The translations under genes were made by a program, and so were the position numbers. Below the pieces are notes generated by a model. It worked only from the letters and a program-made list of their open reading frames with translations. It did no database searches and was not told where the DNA came from. A stretch of DNA of 64,000 nt from a virus (taxonomy: Duplodnaviria > Heunggongvirae > Uroviricota > Caudoviricetes), in IMG/VR virus record IMGVR_UViG_2595698353_000001, positions 78,564 to 142,563 of that record, one strand, 5' to 3'. Of this stretch, positions 43,941 through 52,759 are shown one piece after another; the first letter of the stretch is position 1; every line of letters starts with the position of its first letter.

Positions 43941-44348
43941 GTGCCCACACCACCGCCCCTGATCATCGCTGTCCCCGACGAGTCGGCCATGCCGGTCGTC
44001 CCCGAGGACGAGCGCGACATGCGCTACCAGCGGTACCGGAAGTACGAGACCACCTGGGGCGAGGTCGACATGCTGCACCGGGCGCGCCACCACCTGCACG
44101 AGGCTCGGCGTCGCGTCTCGGGCAGCCACTCCAGAATCGGCGACTTCCTCATGTACGGAGAGATGGTGCCCGACGCCGCACGCCAGACGCTGGCGAGCGA
44201 GGCGCGCAGCCTAGCCGATGCGGCAGCCAGCTACCAGATCGTGTCGATCCTGCGCGCAGTGTTCGCCGAGTCGAACCCGGAGCTCGCTCGCCGCTGGGAT
44301 CAGCTGATGGATCCCGGCGCGTCACTGCCCAAAAAGCCGCAGAGCTGA
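43941..44348 (+). CDS. hypothetical protein (135 aa)
   Basis: RBS GGAGCCCC then GTG. Confidence 0.5.
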   Translation: MPTPPPLIIAVPDESAMPVVPEDERDMRYQRYRKYETTWGEVDMLHRARHHLHEARRRVSGSHSRIGDFLMYGEMVPDAARQTLASEARSLADAAASYQIVSILRAVFAESNPELARRWDQLMDPGASLPKKPQS

Positions 44349-44391
44349 TATAGTACTCATACAGCCCAGCAACAGCCTCAAGGAGGAGCGC

Positions 44392-44847
44392 ATGACCGCA
44401 ATCGCGAAGGTCCCGTTCAAGTCTCCCTGGTCGAGCGGGGAGTGGACCAGGCACGTCGACCACGACGGCCACGTCCACATCCACCACGACGGACGACTGC
44501 TCACGCTCTACACCAAGTCCTGGAGCGACGACGCCCGTGTCGACGAGGAGGGCAACGAGCGCGAGCCCGACGAGGAGGTCACCGAGGTCTACTACGACCC
44601 GACCCCGGTCTTCGTCGTCGAGGAGCTCCGCCGCCGGGGCGTCGGGTTCGGCTCCTATGCCACCGAGGTCGGCGACATCGCCGAGACCCTCAACGGAACC
44701 GACGAGTTCTATGTCGCCGGATACGGGCGTCCGGTGGCGCGCGAGGAGCAGGTCAGCGCCTTCCTCCACGGTTTCACCCCGAAGCAGCTCGAGATCATCA
44801 ACGCCCACGTCGACGCCCGCCCGGGCACCCTGAAGGAGACCGCATGA
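44392..44847 (+). CDS. hypothetical protein (151 aa)
   Basis: Leader CAGCCTCAAGGAGGAGCGC then ATG. Confidence 0.55.
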   Translation: MTAIAKVPFKSPWSSGEWTRHVDHDGHVHIHHDGRLLTLYTKSWSDDARVDEEGNEREPDEEVTEVYYDPTPVFVVEELRRRGVGFGSYATEVGDIAETLNGTDEFYVAGYGRPVAREEQVSAFLHGFTPKQLEIINAHVDARPGTLKETA

Positions 44848-45587
44848 CCATCGAGGGCCTCAAGCTTGCCGGTTTCGACATCGAGTCGACCGGACCCAAC
44901 CCGCTGAAGGACCGCATCGTCACGGCCAACCTCACGTATGCGGAGGTCGTCGACGGCGAGCTGAAGGTGACCGGCTCGCAGAGCTGGCTGCTCGACCCGG
45001 AGATCGAGATCCCGGCAGAGGCCGCCGCGATCCACGGGATCAGCACCGAGCAGGCGCAGGCCGATGGCGGCGACTACGAAGAGGGCGTGTTCGAGATCGC
45101 CGACTCCATCGCGAGCGCGAACAAGGACGGCCGCACCGTCGTCATCTTCAACGCCAACTTCGACCTGACCATGCTCGCGTCCGAGTACCGGCGCGTGAGC
45201 GGCAACGATGCCCCGCTGCCGCCGGATCTCATCGTCGATCCGTACGTGATCGACAAGGGCGTCGACAAGTTCCGCAAGGGCAGCCGCAAGCTCGTCGACG
45301 TGGCCCGGCACTACGGCATCGAGCTCGTCGGCGCGCACACCGCCGAGGGTGACGTCGCGGCCACGATCCAGCTGGCCGTCAAGGTCCTGCAGATCCCCAA
45401 GGTCGCAGCCAAGTTCCCCGACGAGATCATGGCGACGCAGGTCCTCTCGTACCGCCTGCAGCAGGAGGGCCTGGCCGAGTACTGGCGCAAGAAGGCCTCG
45501 CGCATGCAGAACACCGACCCTGAGGAGGCCGCCGAGCTCCGCGAGCGCGCCGACGGCGTCCGTACGGACTGGCCGGTCGCTATGTAG
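44844..45587 (+). CDS. DnaQ-like DEDDh 3'-5' exonuclease (Pol III epsilon-like)
   Basis: Exo I GFDIESTG. Exo II VIFNANFDLTML. Exo III HTAEGDVAAT. ATG overlaps the upstream stop. Confidence 0.8.
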   Translation: MTIEGLKLAGFDIESTGPNPLKDRIVTANLTYAEVVDGELKVTGSQSWLLDPEIEIPAEAAAIHGISTEQAQADGGDYEEGVFEIADSIASANKDGRTVVIFNANFDLTMLASEYRRVSGNDAPLPPDLIVDPYVIDKGVDKFRKGSRKLVDVARHYGIELVGAHTAEGDVAATIQLAVKVLQIPKVAAKFPDEIMATQVLSYRLQQEGLAEYWRKKASRMQNTDPEEAAELRERADGVRTDWPVAM

Positions 45588-45737
45588 AGACCACCCCCTG
45601 GCGGCGTTGCCGCGCGCCGGGGGTGTTGAGCGAGGGCGAGGATTCTGGGTAGGGGTAGCCGGAGTCCTCGCCCCACCGCTATCCGCAGGACGACAACAGC
45701 TCGAGGAGCGTGCATCTGGAATACCGAGGAGATCACC

Positions 45738-45989
45738 GTGACCGAGAACCAATCGAAGCGCATCCCGGCGAAGACGTCGTGGAATCTGTTCCACGCGCTG
45801 TCCAAGGGCCACCTGGACGCCGCCGCACAGGACTACTACCTGGACCGAGGCATAGAGCGCCCCCGGGACGCCGACGGCTACCCAGTGCTGCCCACGAAGG
45901 CACCGCAGCGGGCCATCGACTACGCCCGTGATCGCGGCTTCCCCCTGCCCGGAGAGAACGAGCCCGCAGTCAGGTTCCCAAACGCTTGA
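45738..45989 (+). CDS. hypothetical protein (83 aa)
   Basis: RBS GGAG then GTG. Confidence 0.45.
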   Translation: MTENQSKRIPAKTSWNLFHALSKGHLDAAAQDYYLDRGIERPRDADGYPVLPTKAPQRAIDYARDRGFPLPGENEPAVRFPNA

Positions 45990-46016
45990 CCAGCGCACCT
46001 ACAGGTGTGCTACATT
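45986..46016 (+). promoter_or_regulatory. putative promoter (TTGACC-N19-TACATT) with ACAGGTGTGCT element
   Basis: Family-like. Followed by about 120-nt GC-rich leader. Confidence 0.4.
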
Positions 46017-46074
46017 AAACCCACACCAAGACCAACTGACTGCCGGAGCGTAGTGGGGAACTGCGCTACCGGCC

Positions 46075-46103
46075 GGGGCGGCGGGCTCGCGACCCGCCGC
46101 CCC
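46075..46103 (+). promoter_or_regulatory. perfect 11-bp GC hairpin inside a long 5' UTR
   Basis: GGGGCGGCGGG, loop ctcgcga, CCCGCCGCCCC. No U tract. Confidence 0.45.
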
Positions 46104-46139
46104 ACCCCGCGTCACCAACAGAGAAGGGATCGACCAGCA

Positions 46140-46301
46140 ATGAGCTCTACCCCGATCTATGACGAACTGAAGGCCGAAGTCCGAGCCCGCCAGCAGCTCG
46201 GGCAGGTGGGCTTCGAGGCGAAGACCCCGGAGCCGGAGCCGGAGCCCGTGCCGACTGGACCGACGTGGCAGGACGGCATCTGGCGACGGCGCAACCGATG
46301 A
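46140..46301 (+). CDS. small hypothetical protein (53 aa)
   Basis: ATG after AGAAGGGA. In frame with track ORF 46005-46301, whose N-terminus covers the hairpin. Confidence 0.4.
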   Translation: MSSTPIYDELKAEVRARQQLGQVGFEAKTPEPEPEPVPTGPTWQDGIWRRRNR

Positions 46302-46729
46302 TCATCACCACCCTGCTCACCCTGGCCTTCCAGGCGGGCATCCTGACTTTGATCGTCAAGACCGGGCGGGCGCAGCGCCGGAACCGCGAGGCCGACCAGA
46401 AGGCCATGGCGGCCGCCATCGCCACGCTGACCGAGCAATTCGACGAGAAGCTGCTGCAGGTCTACATGACCGACGAGGAGCGGGCCAAGTACGGCCTGCC
46501 GACGATCGGCGGCGCGCTGCCCGCCCTGGCGGAGTCTGCCACGCGCCGGGCGATCAAGCCCGCATGTAAAGGACCGCATGCTTGGAGCGCCCGGTACCGG
46601 GATGAGCCGAGGTTCCCAGCAAACAGGCAGCTCGCCGACAGCGACGGCAAAGCGCACGTCAGGATCTGCATCGAGTGCGAGATCCACCAGGTCTGGGATA
46701 AGGCCGCGAACGACTGGGCATCCGACTGA
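46298..46729 (+). CDS. membrane protein (143 aa, N-terminal TM)
   Basis: MIITTLLTLAFQAGILTLIV. ATG overlaps the upstream stop. Confidence 0.5.
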   Translation: MIITTLLTLAFQAGILTLIVKTGRAQRRNREADQKAMAAAIATLTEQFDEKLLQVYMTDEERAKYGLPTIGGALPALAESATRRAIKPACKGPHAWSARYRDEPRFPANRQLADSDGKAHVRICIECEIHQVWDKAANDWASD

Positions 46730-47172
46730 TGCCCGGCCCGCTGTGGGAGGTCCCCAGCGCTGCGCCGATCGGCCGCCTCCGCATCGCCCCCGACAAGGTG
46801 ATGCCCGGCTGGTTCGATCCGCATGGCCCCTGGGACTACCCGCGCGAACGCAGCGAGGAGTACGACACCGAGCTCGAGGTCCTCAACTGGTGCTCGTTCC
46901 TGCACATTGCTGCGTCGGCGGCCGACATCGCCCGGCAGAAGGGCATGACTCGCTGGGACATGGCCCGCGCGATCTACTGGGACGACAGCCCGATGAGCGG
47001 GGAGGAGTGGCTGGAGGCCGAGCGGTTCATCACCGCGATGCAGAACGGCCTGACCTCCAGCGGTGTCCCCTTCGGATGGCCGGTCGTCGAGTACGCGACG
47101 GCGCTGGGCGTCATGATCGGCGCAGAGGTCGCGGACTTCATGGCGGACGAGTTAACCGGCAGCCTCCGGTGA
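46729..47172 (+). CDS. hypothetical protein (147 aa)
   Basis: ATG overlaps the upstream stop. Confidence 0.5.
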   Translation: MPGPLWEVPSAAPIGRLRIAPDKVMPGWFDPHGPWDYPRERSEEYDTELEVLNWCSFLHIAASAADIARQKGMTRWDMARAIYWDDSPMSGEEWLEAERFITAMQNGLTSSGVPFGWPVVEYATALGVMIGAEVADFMADELTGSLR

Positions 47173-47399
47173 GCCTGCGCCCGCAGAACGAGTTCGAGCG
47201 TCGGCTGCTGGCCGAAGCGAGACGGATGGGCTTCGAGGCGACCAGGACCGGCCGGATGCACCTGAAGTTCAGGCACCCCGACCCACGCGTCCAGCTGGCG
47301 TACTCTCCGGGGACGCCGTCAGACCATCGGTCGCTGCAGAACTCGCTGGCTATGCTGCGGCGCAAGATCCGACAGGCCGACCTGCCTCCCCGGCCCTAG
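47169..47399 (+). CDS. hypothetical basic protein (about 76 aa)
   Basis: GTG overlaps the upstream stop. In frame with track ORF 46578-47399. Weak. Confidence 0.35.
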   Translation: MSLRPQNEFERRLLAEARRMGFEATRTGRMHLKFRHPDPRVQLAYSPGTPSDHRSLQNSLAMLRRKIRQADLPPRP

Positions 47400-47450
47400 C
47401 AGGTCTACAGGTAAGCTATATTCAGTGTGTAAGCGATCCAGAGGAGAGAG

Positions 47451-48095
47451 ATGACCGTGGCGATCGACGCCGACGAGTGCGTCTGCGGGGACTGCCGGGA
47501 CTGCCATCGGGCCATGTTCGGCGAGACCCGGCCGGTGGCTCCCGTCGTGCTCTCCGAGGCGGCCCGGGCCATCCTGGCAGAACCGCCACGGCCCCCGCAG
47601 GCCCGCCCCCGACCCGCAGCTGTCGTGCAGCCGAACGAGCCCGCCATGAAGCCGTGCTCCGAGGCCGACTGCTCGACGAAGACCCGGCACGAGAGCGGCC
47701 TGTGCGCCGCGCATCGACCGGCCCCACCCGCGTCGGTCAACCCCGAGGACCTGGTGCCGGTTCCGTGCACCGAGTGCGGGGAGATGCGCATCGTCATCAA
47801 GTGGGGGCGCACCTGGGCGCTCGCGGGCGAGGACGGCCTGTGCGAGCTGTGCTTCGACCGCCGCAAGAACGCCGAGAAGCTGCGGCAGTCCATCGCGGGA
47901 ATCAAGGTCCTCTCGCCTGCCCAGCTGACCCGGATCAGGCGCATGAGCGAGCGTGTGATGCGGGACGGCCGCCCCTTCCACCCGCACGCGCACAAGCACG
48001 GCACCGCAGGCATCTTCTCGAACTGGGGCTGCCGCTGCAGTACGTGTCGGGACGGGAAGCGGGACTACCGGCTCGAGAAGGCGCGAGAGCAGTGA
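47451..48095 (+). CDS. Cys-rich multi-zinc-ribbon protein (214 aa)
   Basis: CVCGDCRDC, CSEADCSTKTRHESGLCAAH, CTECGEMRI...CELC, GCRCSTC. RBS GAGGAGAGAG. Confidence 0.55.
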   Translation: MTVAIDADECVCGDCRDCHRAMFGETRPVAPVVLSEAARAILAEPPRPPQARPRPAAVVQPNEPAMKPCSEADCSTKTRHESGLCAAHRPAPPASVNPEDLVPVPCTECGEMRIVIKWGRTWALAGEDGLCELCFDRRKNAEKLRQSIAGIKVLSPAQLTRIRRMSERVMRDGRPFHPHAHKHGTAGIFSNWGCRCSTCRDGKRDYRLEKAREQ

Positions 48096-48123
48096 CCGAC
48101 AACCAGAACAGGGAGACCGAACG

Positions 48124-48903
48124 ATGATCGACCGCAACGAGATCGACGCGAACTGGCTGCTCAAGGTGCTCGCCACACCGAACGAGCACCTCGACGACTT
48201 CGCTGAGGAGGTCGCGAAGGCGATCCGCACTTCGGGCTACTGGCGCAGCGCGTCCACCATGCCCCCTGCGTCCCAGGACCTGCGCTCGGCCCAGGACCTG
48301 CTGGCGCGCATCGCCGCGCACTTCGGCGGCCAGGTCACCCCGTTCGTCGCTGGTGGCGTCCTGCGCGGTCCGCTGCCGACCAAGCCCGGCACCACGATCC
48401 GGGCGCGGGTGCTCGAGTGGCCGGGCTGCACCTACACCGTCCCCGTTCGCGAGCCGGTGGTGCTGACCCGCAACCTGTATGGGCACTGGGTCGGGGTGGA
48501 GCCCCAGATCGTCGTCGACGCCGACCTGACCCAGTACATCGTCGCCTTCGAGGAGATCGAGCCGGTCGGCCCGCCGTGGCCGCAGCTGAGCGATGTCCCG
48601 GTCGGGCAGTGGGTGCTCGATGCCACCGGCAACCTGCTGTACCGGCGCTCGGTGACCGACCGCGTGCGGATCTACCGCGTCGCGTCGCCGAGCTCGGCCT
48701 CGACCGGCCCATACCGCCCGGTCCCCGAGGGCCACGTGTTCGAGACGGTCGACGAGATCCCGATCGGCCGCAAGCTGCGCGACCGCAACGGCAACATCTG
48801 CTGGCGCGTCGACGACGGCATCGTCTACAGCGGTGCGTCGACGGAGGCCCCGCGCCCGATGGCTCCGTTCGTGTCGTTCGACATGCCGGACGGCGACGAG
48901 TGA
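48124..48903 (+). CDS. hypothetical protein (259 aa)
   Basis: N-terminal EIDANW motif shared with 49265. Confidence 0.55.
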   Translation: MIDRNEIDANWLLKVLATPNEHLDDFAEEVAKAIRTSGYWRSASTMPPASQDLRSAQDLLARIAAHFGGQVTPFVAGGVLRGPLPTKPGTTIRARVLEWPGCTYTVPVREPVVLTRNLYGHWVGVEPQIVVDADLTQYIVAFEEIEPVGPPWPQLSDVPVGQWVLDATGNLLYRRSVTDRVRIYRVASPSSASTGPYRPVPEGHVFETVDEIPIGRKLRDRNGNICWRVDDGIVYSGASTEAPRPMAPFVSFDMPDGDE

Positions 48904-48905
48904 GT

Positions 48906-48935
48906 TTGCCAAGAGCTACAGCACTGCTGTAGTCT
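48906..48935 (+). promoter_or_regulatory. promoter P7 (TTGCCA-N18-TAGTCT) with perfect dyad CTACAGCACTGCTGTAG
   Basis: Family architecture. Leader CACCACACCAACACTCAAGGAGG. Confidence 0.5.
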
Positions 48936-48968
48936 AGCTACACCACACCAACACTCAAGGAGGCCATC

Positions 48969-49268
48969 ATGGCGGAGTACACCAAGGGCCAGGCTCGACT
49001 GCTCAACAAGATCAACGCAACGGCCGTCGACCTGCGCGACCGGTACGGCACCATCGCCGGACGGGCCAAGGCCGACCTGCAGAGTCTGGATTCGGGCTAC
49101 CGTCCGGCCGGGATCCCCGGGGAGCTGCTGGCCGAGATCATCGCCCTGCAGGCCGAGCTCGAGGCGTTCGCGGTCACCGCTAGCGACCTCGGCATCACCG
49201 GCGGCGACGTGCGGCTCGCCCTCTCCGACCCCGACTTCAAGGCCGAGCCCATCGAGGAGGACGCGTGA
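48969..49268 (+). CDS. hypothetical protein (99 aa)
   Basis: Promoter plus leader upstream. Confidence 0.55.
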   Translation: MAEYTKGQARLLNKINATAVDLRDRYGTIAGRAKADLQSLDSGYRPAGIPGELLAEIIALQAELEAFAVTASDLGITGGDVRLALSDPDFKAEPIEEDA

Positions 49269-49789
49269 TCGTCGACATCGACCAGGAGACCATCGACGCC
49301 AACTGGGCGTACAAGGCCATCGCCGACGAGTTCCCAGACGCATGCCCGCCGGAGCGGATCGCCCCCGGCGTCTATCTGGGGTGGGGAATCGAGCTCGAGA
49401 TCAAGGCCCTGATCAAGACCGACTGCCCGTTCTCGCCGTGGTTCGACTACCGCAACCGCGACCGCTGGCCGTACGAGCGGGGTAGCGAGGAGGGCATGCG
49501 CGCGCTCGCGGAGGCCTTCCGGGAGGAGGGGCGACCGAGCGACTACGGCGTCTGCGACGGCTGGGAGCAGGTCATCCAGACCTGGCCGCGTGTGCTCTCG
49601 GACCCGCGCCCCCTCATCATCGGCATCGCGCCGGTGCACCGCAAGCATCAGTCCGAGCGCCAGGGCTGGCGCTGGGAGAAGCATGGTAAGTACATCGGCA
49701 ACCAGCGGTCGTTCGCGGACTATCTGTACGACGAGCCCGAGATCGACGTCGTGTACACATTCAGCATCTACGAGGTGGCGATCCCGTGA
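49265..49789 (+). CDS. hypothetical protein (174 aa)
   Basis: GTG overlaps the upstream stop. N-terminal ETIDANW. Confidence 0.55.
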   Translation: MIVDIDQETIDANWAYKAIADEFPDACPPERIAPGVYLGWGIELEIKALIKTDCPFSPWFDYRNRDRWPYERGSEEGMRALAEAFREEGRPSDYGVCDGWEQVIQTWPRVLSDPRPLIIGIAPVHRKHQSERQGWRWEKHGKYIGNQRSFADYLYDEPEIDVVYTFSIYEVAIP

Positions 49790-50124
49790 GCGCAGCAGAG
49801 ATCAAGCGGCGGGCGGCCGAGACCTACGGCGCTGCGTACGAGTGGTTCCACTACCAGGCCGACATCCCGGAGCGGCTGCGGCTGATCCGCACCGCGCTCG
49901 TCGGCGGCAAGGACGACGTCCGCAACGGTGTCGACGACCGCTGGTTCCAGCACGTCGCGGCCGTGAACGAGCTCCATGGGCGCATCTTGAGCTACGAGGA
50001 GGCGGCGGACCGGCTGGAGGGCGGCTATGACCCCGAGAGCCTCCAGAAGCTCCTGCGTATCCAGGCCAAGGGACTGGAGCGCGGCATCGAGCGCCGCACC
50101 AACCGATTCCGAGAGGGGAAGTAG
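49786..50124 (+). CDS. hypothetical protein (112 aa)
   Basis: GTG overlaps the upstream stop. Confidence 0.5.
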   Translation: MSAAEIKRRAAETYGAAYEWFHYQADIPERLRLIRTALVGGKDDVRNGVDDRWFQHVAAVNELHGRILSYEEAADRLEGGYDPESLQKLLRIQAKGLERGIERRTNRFREGK

Positions 50125-50438
50125 TGACCGACACGCACCTGCACACCGTCACGATCACCGGCACCGAGGACTCGCCGAAGATCGAGTTCGTCTGTCACGG
50201 CGACCGCGACAGCGACTGCCACAGCTACCCGGACTGCCGCTGCGAGAGGTGGGACCGTGACGATCACGAGCATCCGTTCGTCCCGCACGACCAGTGCTGG
50301 ATGCAGGCCTGGTTCGACGAGGGTGCCACGGATCCGATGGCCGAGACGCTCGACGAGTGCCCCGACCTGAAGGTCGGCATGTCCGGCCCGATCGAGTCCG
50401 TCTTTCTGTTCGACTACATCGAGTGGGAGTTCGCGTGA
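50124..50438 (+). CDS. Cys/His-rich small protein (104 aa)
   Basis: FVCHGDRDSDCHSYPDCRCERW. GTG overlaps the upstream stop. Confidence 0.5.
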   Translation: MTDTHLHTVTITGTEDSPKIEFVCHGDRDSDCHSYPDCRCERWDRDDHEHPFVPHDQCWMQAWFDEGATDPMAETLDECPDLKVGMSGPIESVFLFDYIEWEFA

Positions 50439-50731
50439 CCGCCGCACTGATCGAGAAGGCCCGCGCGGCCACCGCGCAGCACCCCGAGGTCGCTACCGAG
50501 GAGGAGCTGGACTCCCTGCCGCCCGGCTCGCTGGTGCGGGTGCACCACAGCCGGGGCTCCGAGCTCGGCAAGGTCTTCGAGCGCTCCGGGTGGCGCAGCT
50601 GCTGGACCGAGCTGGACCCGTCCGACCGCTACGACGGCGAGAATAGCGCCGACAGCGGGGACATCCTGGCGCTGCTCCGGTTCTCGTCCCACGACAAGGT
50701 CACCGTCATCTACGTGCCTGAGGAGAACTGA
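50435..50731 (+). CDS. hypothetical protein (98 aa)
   Basis: GTG overlaps the upstream stop. In frame with track ORF 50294-50731. Confidence 0.45.
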   Translation: MTAALIEKARAATAQHPEVATEEELDSLPPGSLVRVHHSRGSELGKVFERSGWRSCWTELDPSDRYDGENSADSGDILALLRFSSHDKVTVIYVPEEN

Positions 50732-51009
50732 TGGACGCGAAGAGGCGCCTGCAGCTGGTGCATGACCAGCTCGACATGCTCGAGAGGGTGGGCGGCCCGT
50801 TCGGAACCGTGAGCGCGGGCGACGTCATCCGGGTCATCCGTGACGTCGCCGGTCCGCGCATCGAGGAGGCGACGTGCGTCCAGCCGGACTGCGGCAAGAC
50901 CATCACCCGCGCCGTCGGCCGCAGCGACTGGGAGCACGAGGGCGGCTACGGCCTGTGTTTCGACCTTGACCACGAGGGCCGGTACGCCTGGCCCGGACAC
51001 GACGACTGA
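50731..51009 (+). CDS. hypothetical protein (92 aa)
   Basis: ATG overlaps the upstream stop. Confidence 0.5.
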   Translation: MDAKRRLQLVHDQLDMLERVGGPFGTVSAGDVIRVIRDVAGPRIEEATCVQPDCGKTITRAVGRSDWEHEGGYGLCFDLDHEGRYAWPGHDD

Positions 51010-51021
51010 AAGAGAGCACCA

Positions 51022-51327
51022 ATGTCTGACCACAACGCCATCGACGCCGAGAAGATGGCCGAGTACACCACGTACGCCGAGCGCGTGCCGCTGCTCCACG
51101 GCACCGAGCAGCCGCCGAGCTACGCCGAACTGGCGGTGGTGGCCCTGGTCGACCACATCCAGGTGATCGAGAAGCGCACCCGCGTGCTCGCCGCCTTCAA
51201 GTCCCAGGTCGACAAGTCGTTCGACGACCTCCGCCTGAACGCGGGGCCGAAGCAGTACGTCGCCGTCGACGACCTGCTCACGTTCCACAACAAGGCGCTC
51301 GAGGCGGCCGTCGAGGCGGCGAAGTAG
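51022..51327 (+). CDS. hypothetical protein (101 aa)
   Basis: RBS GAAAGAGAG. Confidence 0.5.
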   Translation: MSDHNAIDAEKMAEYTTYAERVPLLHGTEQPPSYAELAVVALVDHIQVIEKRTRVLAAFKSQVDKSFDDLRLNAGPKQYVAVDDLLTFHNKALEAAVEAAK

Positions 51328-51383
51328 CGCCCGAGTGGGTGGTCGACCGACCGGTAACGACCGGGGTGCTCTAAGGTTGGAGC

Positions 51384-51905
51384 ATGACTTTCTGTGAATG
51401 TGGATGCGGCGGGGCCATTGCCCCCACTGATGACCGTGGCAGGCCTCGCCGCTTCCTGCCCCACCACAACACCCGGCAGCCTCGCCCCGGAAGCAGGAAG
51501 AGGTGGGAGGACTACCCCGATCCGGTCCGCGACGAGGTGACCGGATGCCTCCGCTGGCAGGGCACCCACAATCATCAGGGGTATGGCCGCATCGGGAGGG
51601 TGCCCGTACAGAACCTGGCATTTGAGCGGGCTGGGGGCGTGATCCCGAAGGGGTGGGTCGTCGACCACGTGTATGACCGTGGGTGCCGATACCACGACTG
51701 TGTGGAGCCGTCCCACCTGGAGGCAGTGACTCCGCAGGAGAACAGCCGCCGAGCCGGGAGGGTGTCCGGCGGCGGAGAGTGGCAGTCGGAGCGCGACAGC
51801 TGCGTGAACGGGCACGAGTTCACCGAGGACAACACCCGATGGCAGGGGAAGACGCGGATCTGCCGCGCCTGCGTTAGAGACAGGGTGCGCAAGCATCGAG
51901 CTTGA
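51384..51905 (+). CDS. HNH endonuclease
   Basis: VVDHVYDRGCRYHDCVEPSHLEAVTPQEN plus a C-terminal CxxC zinc ribbon. Confidence 0.7.
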   Translation: MTFCECGCGGAIAPTDDRGRPRRFLPHHNTRQPRPGSRKRWEDYPDPVRDEVTGCLRWQGTHNHQGYGRIGRVPVQNLAFERAGGVIPKGWVVDHVYDRGCRYHDCVEPSHLEAVTPQENSRRAGRVSGGGEWQSERDSCVNGHEFTEDNTRWQGKTRICRACVRDRVRKHRA

Positions 51906-51933
51906 CCCGGTGACCACCACCTTTGTCTTCGAC

Positions 51934-51963
51934 TTGCGCTCACCCACATGTGTCGAGTAAGCT
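51934..51963 (+). promoter_or_regulatory. promoter P8 (TTGCGC-N18-TAAGCT)
   Basis: Family architecture. Leader CGAAGCAAGCCACCAACACTCAAGGAG (the GCAAGC part matches the P2 leader). Confidence 0.5.
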
Positions 51964-51998
51964 AGACGAAGCAAGCCACCAACACTCAAGGAGACGCC

Positions 51999-52223
51999 AT
52001 GAGCACCATCGCCACCTTCCACTACGCAGACCAGAGCATCACCGTCGCCGAGGTCAAGGTTGACGAGGACGGCAACATCGACGAGCTGCGCGAGATCGAG
52101 AAGATCTCGGTCGAGGACTTCTCCTCGCTCAAGGAGGCCCTCAACGACAGCGGCTACGCGGTCATCGGCGAGTGGCGCGAGGGCGAGGATGGCCCGGACG
52201 ACCTGGTCGCCACCGTCTTCTGA
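51999..52223 (+). CDS. hypothetical acidic protein (74 aa)
   Basis: Promoter plus leader upstream. Confidence 0.5.
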   Translation: MSTIATFHYADQSITVAEVKVDEDGNIDELREIEKISVEDFSSLKEALNDSGYAVIGEWREGEDGPDDLVATVF

Positions 52224-52288
52224 CCCGCCTCACAGACTGCGGCCCCCCCCGACTGGGGCGGGCCGCACCCAACCACTCAAGGAGTCCC

Positions 52289-52711
52289 ATGAGCTACCAC
52301 CTGCCCGCCAACTGGTCCGAGATCCTCCGGAGCGTCCAGAGCGGCTTCGTCTTCCGCTCCCAGCGCATCGGGGTCCAGGCCTTCCAGGTCGCGGTCTGCG
52401 GCGACCCCCGCCGTGAGCTGACCGACCACGAGAGCCCGTTCGCGGCCGAGATCATCGAGTCGTACGACTGCCTGCACCGCGACTACATGTGCGGTGGCCG
52501 CGAGTTCGCGCTGCGCCCGACCGACGTCGTGTACGTCGTCAAGCGCGACGGGATCCCGCTGGCGTACGTCACCCGCGAGGGCAAGGTCAAGATCAACCGC
52601 AGCGCCATTCGCGAGCACAAGCGCTGCCGGGACGCGCTCCGCCGCCTGGAGGGCTCGCTCGTCCTCTGCGGCCGCGCCTACGCCGGACGCGACAAGGCCT
52701 ACTGGCTGTAA
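52289..52711 (+). CDS. hypothetical protein (140 aa)
   Basis: Internal ATG of track ORF 52172-52711, directly after leader CCAACCACTCAAGGAG. Confidence 0.5.
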   Translation: MSYHLPANWSEILRSVQSGFVFRSQRIGVQAFQVAVCGDPRRELTDHESPFAAEIIESYDCLHRDYMCGGREFALRPTDVVYVVKRDGIPLAYVTREGKVKINRSAIREHKRCRDALRRLEGSLVLCGRAYAGRDKAYWL

Positions 52712-52759
52712 CCCGCACGCCCACCCCAAGGAGTCACCTATCGGAAGGACGCCGTCACC

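Noticed and set aside
45590-45675. Two hairpins (CACCCCC...GGGGGTG and GGGCGAGGA...TCCTCGCCC) after the DnaQ-like gene, considered as a terminator.
   Set aside because: Long loops (over 20 nt) and no U tract. Recorded here rather than as a feature.
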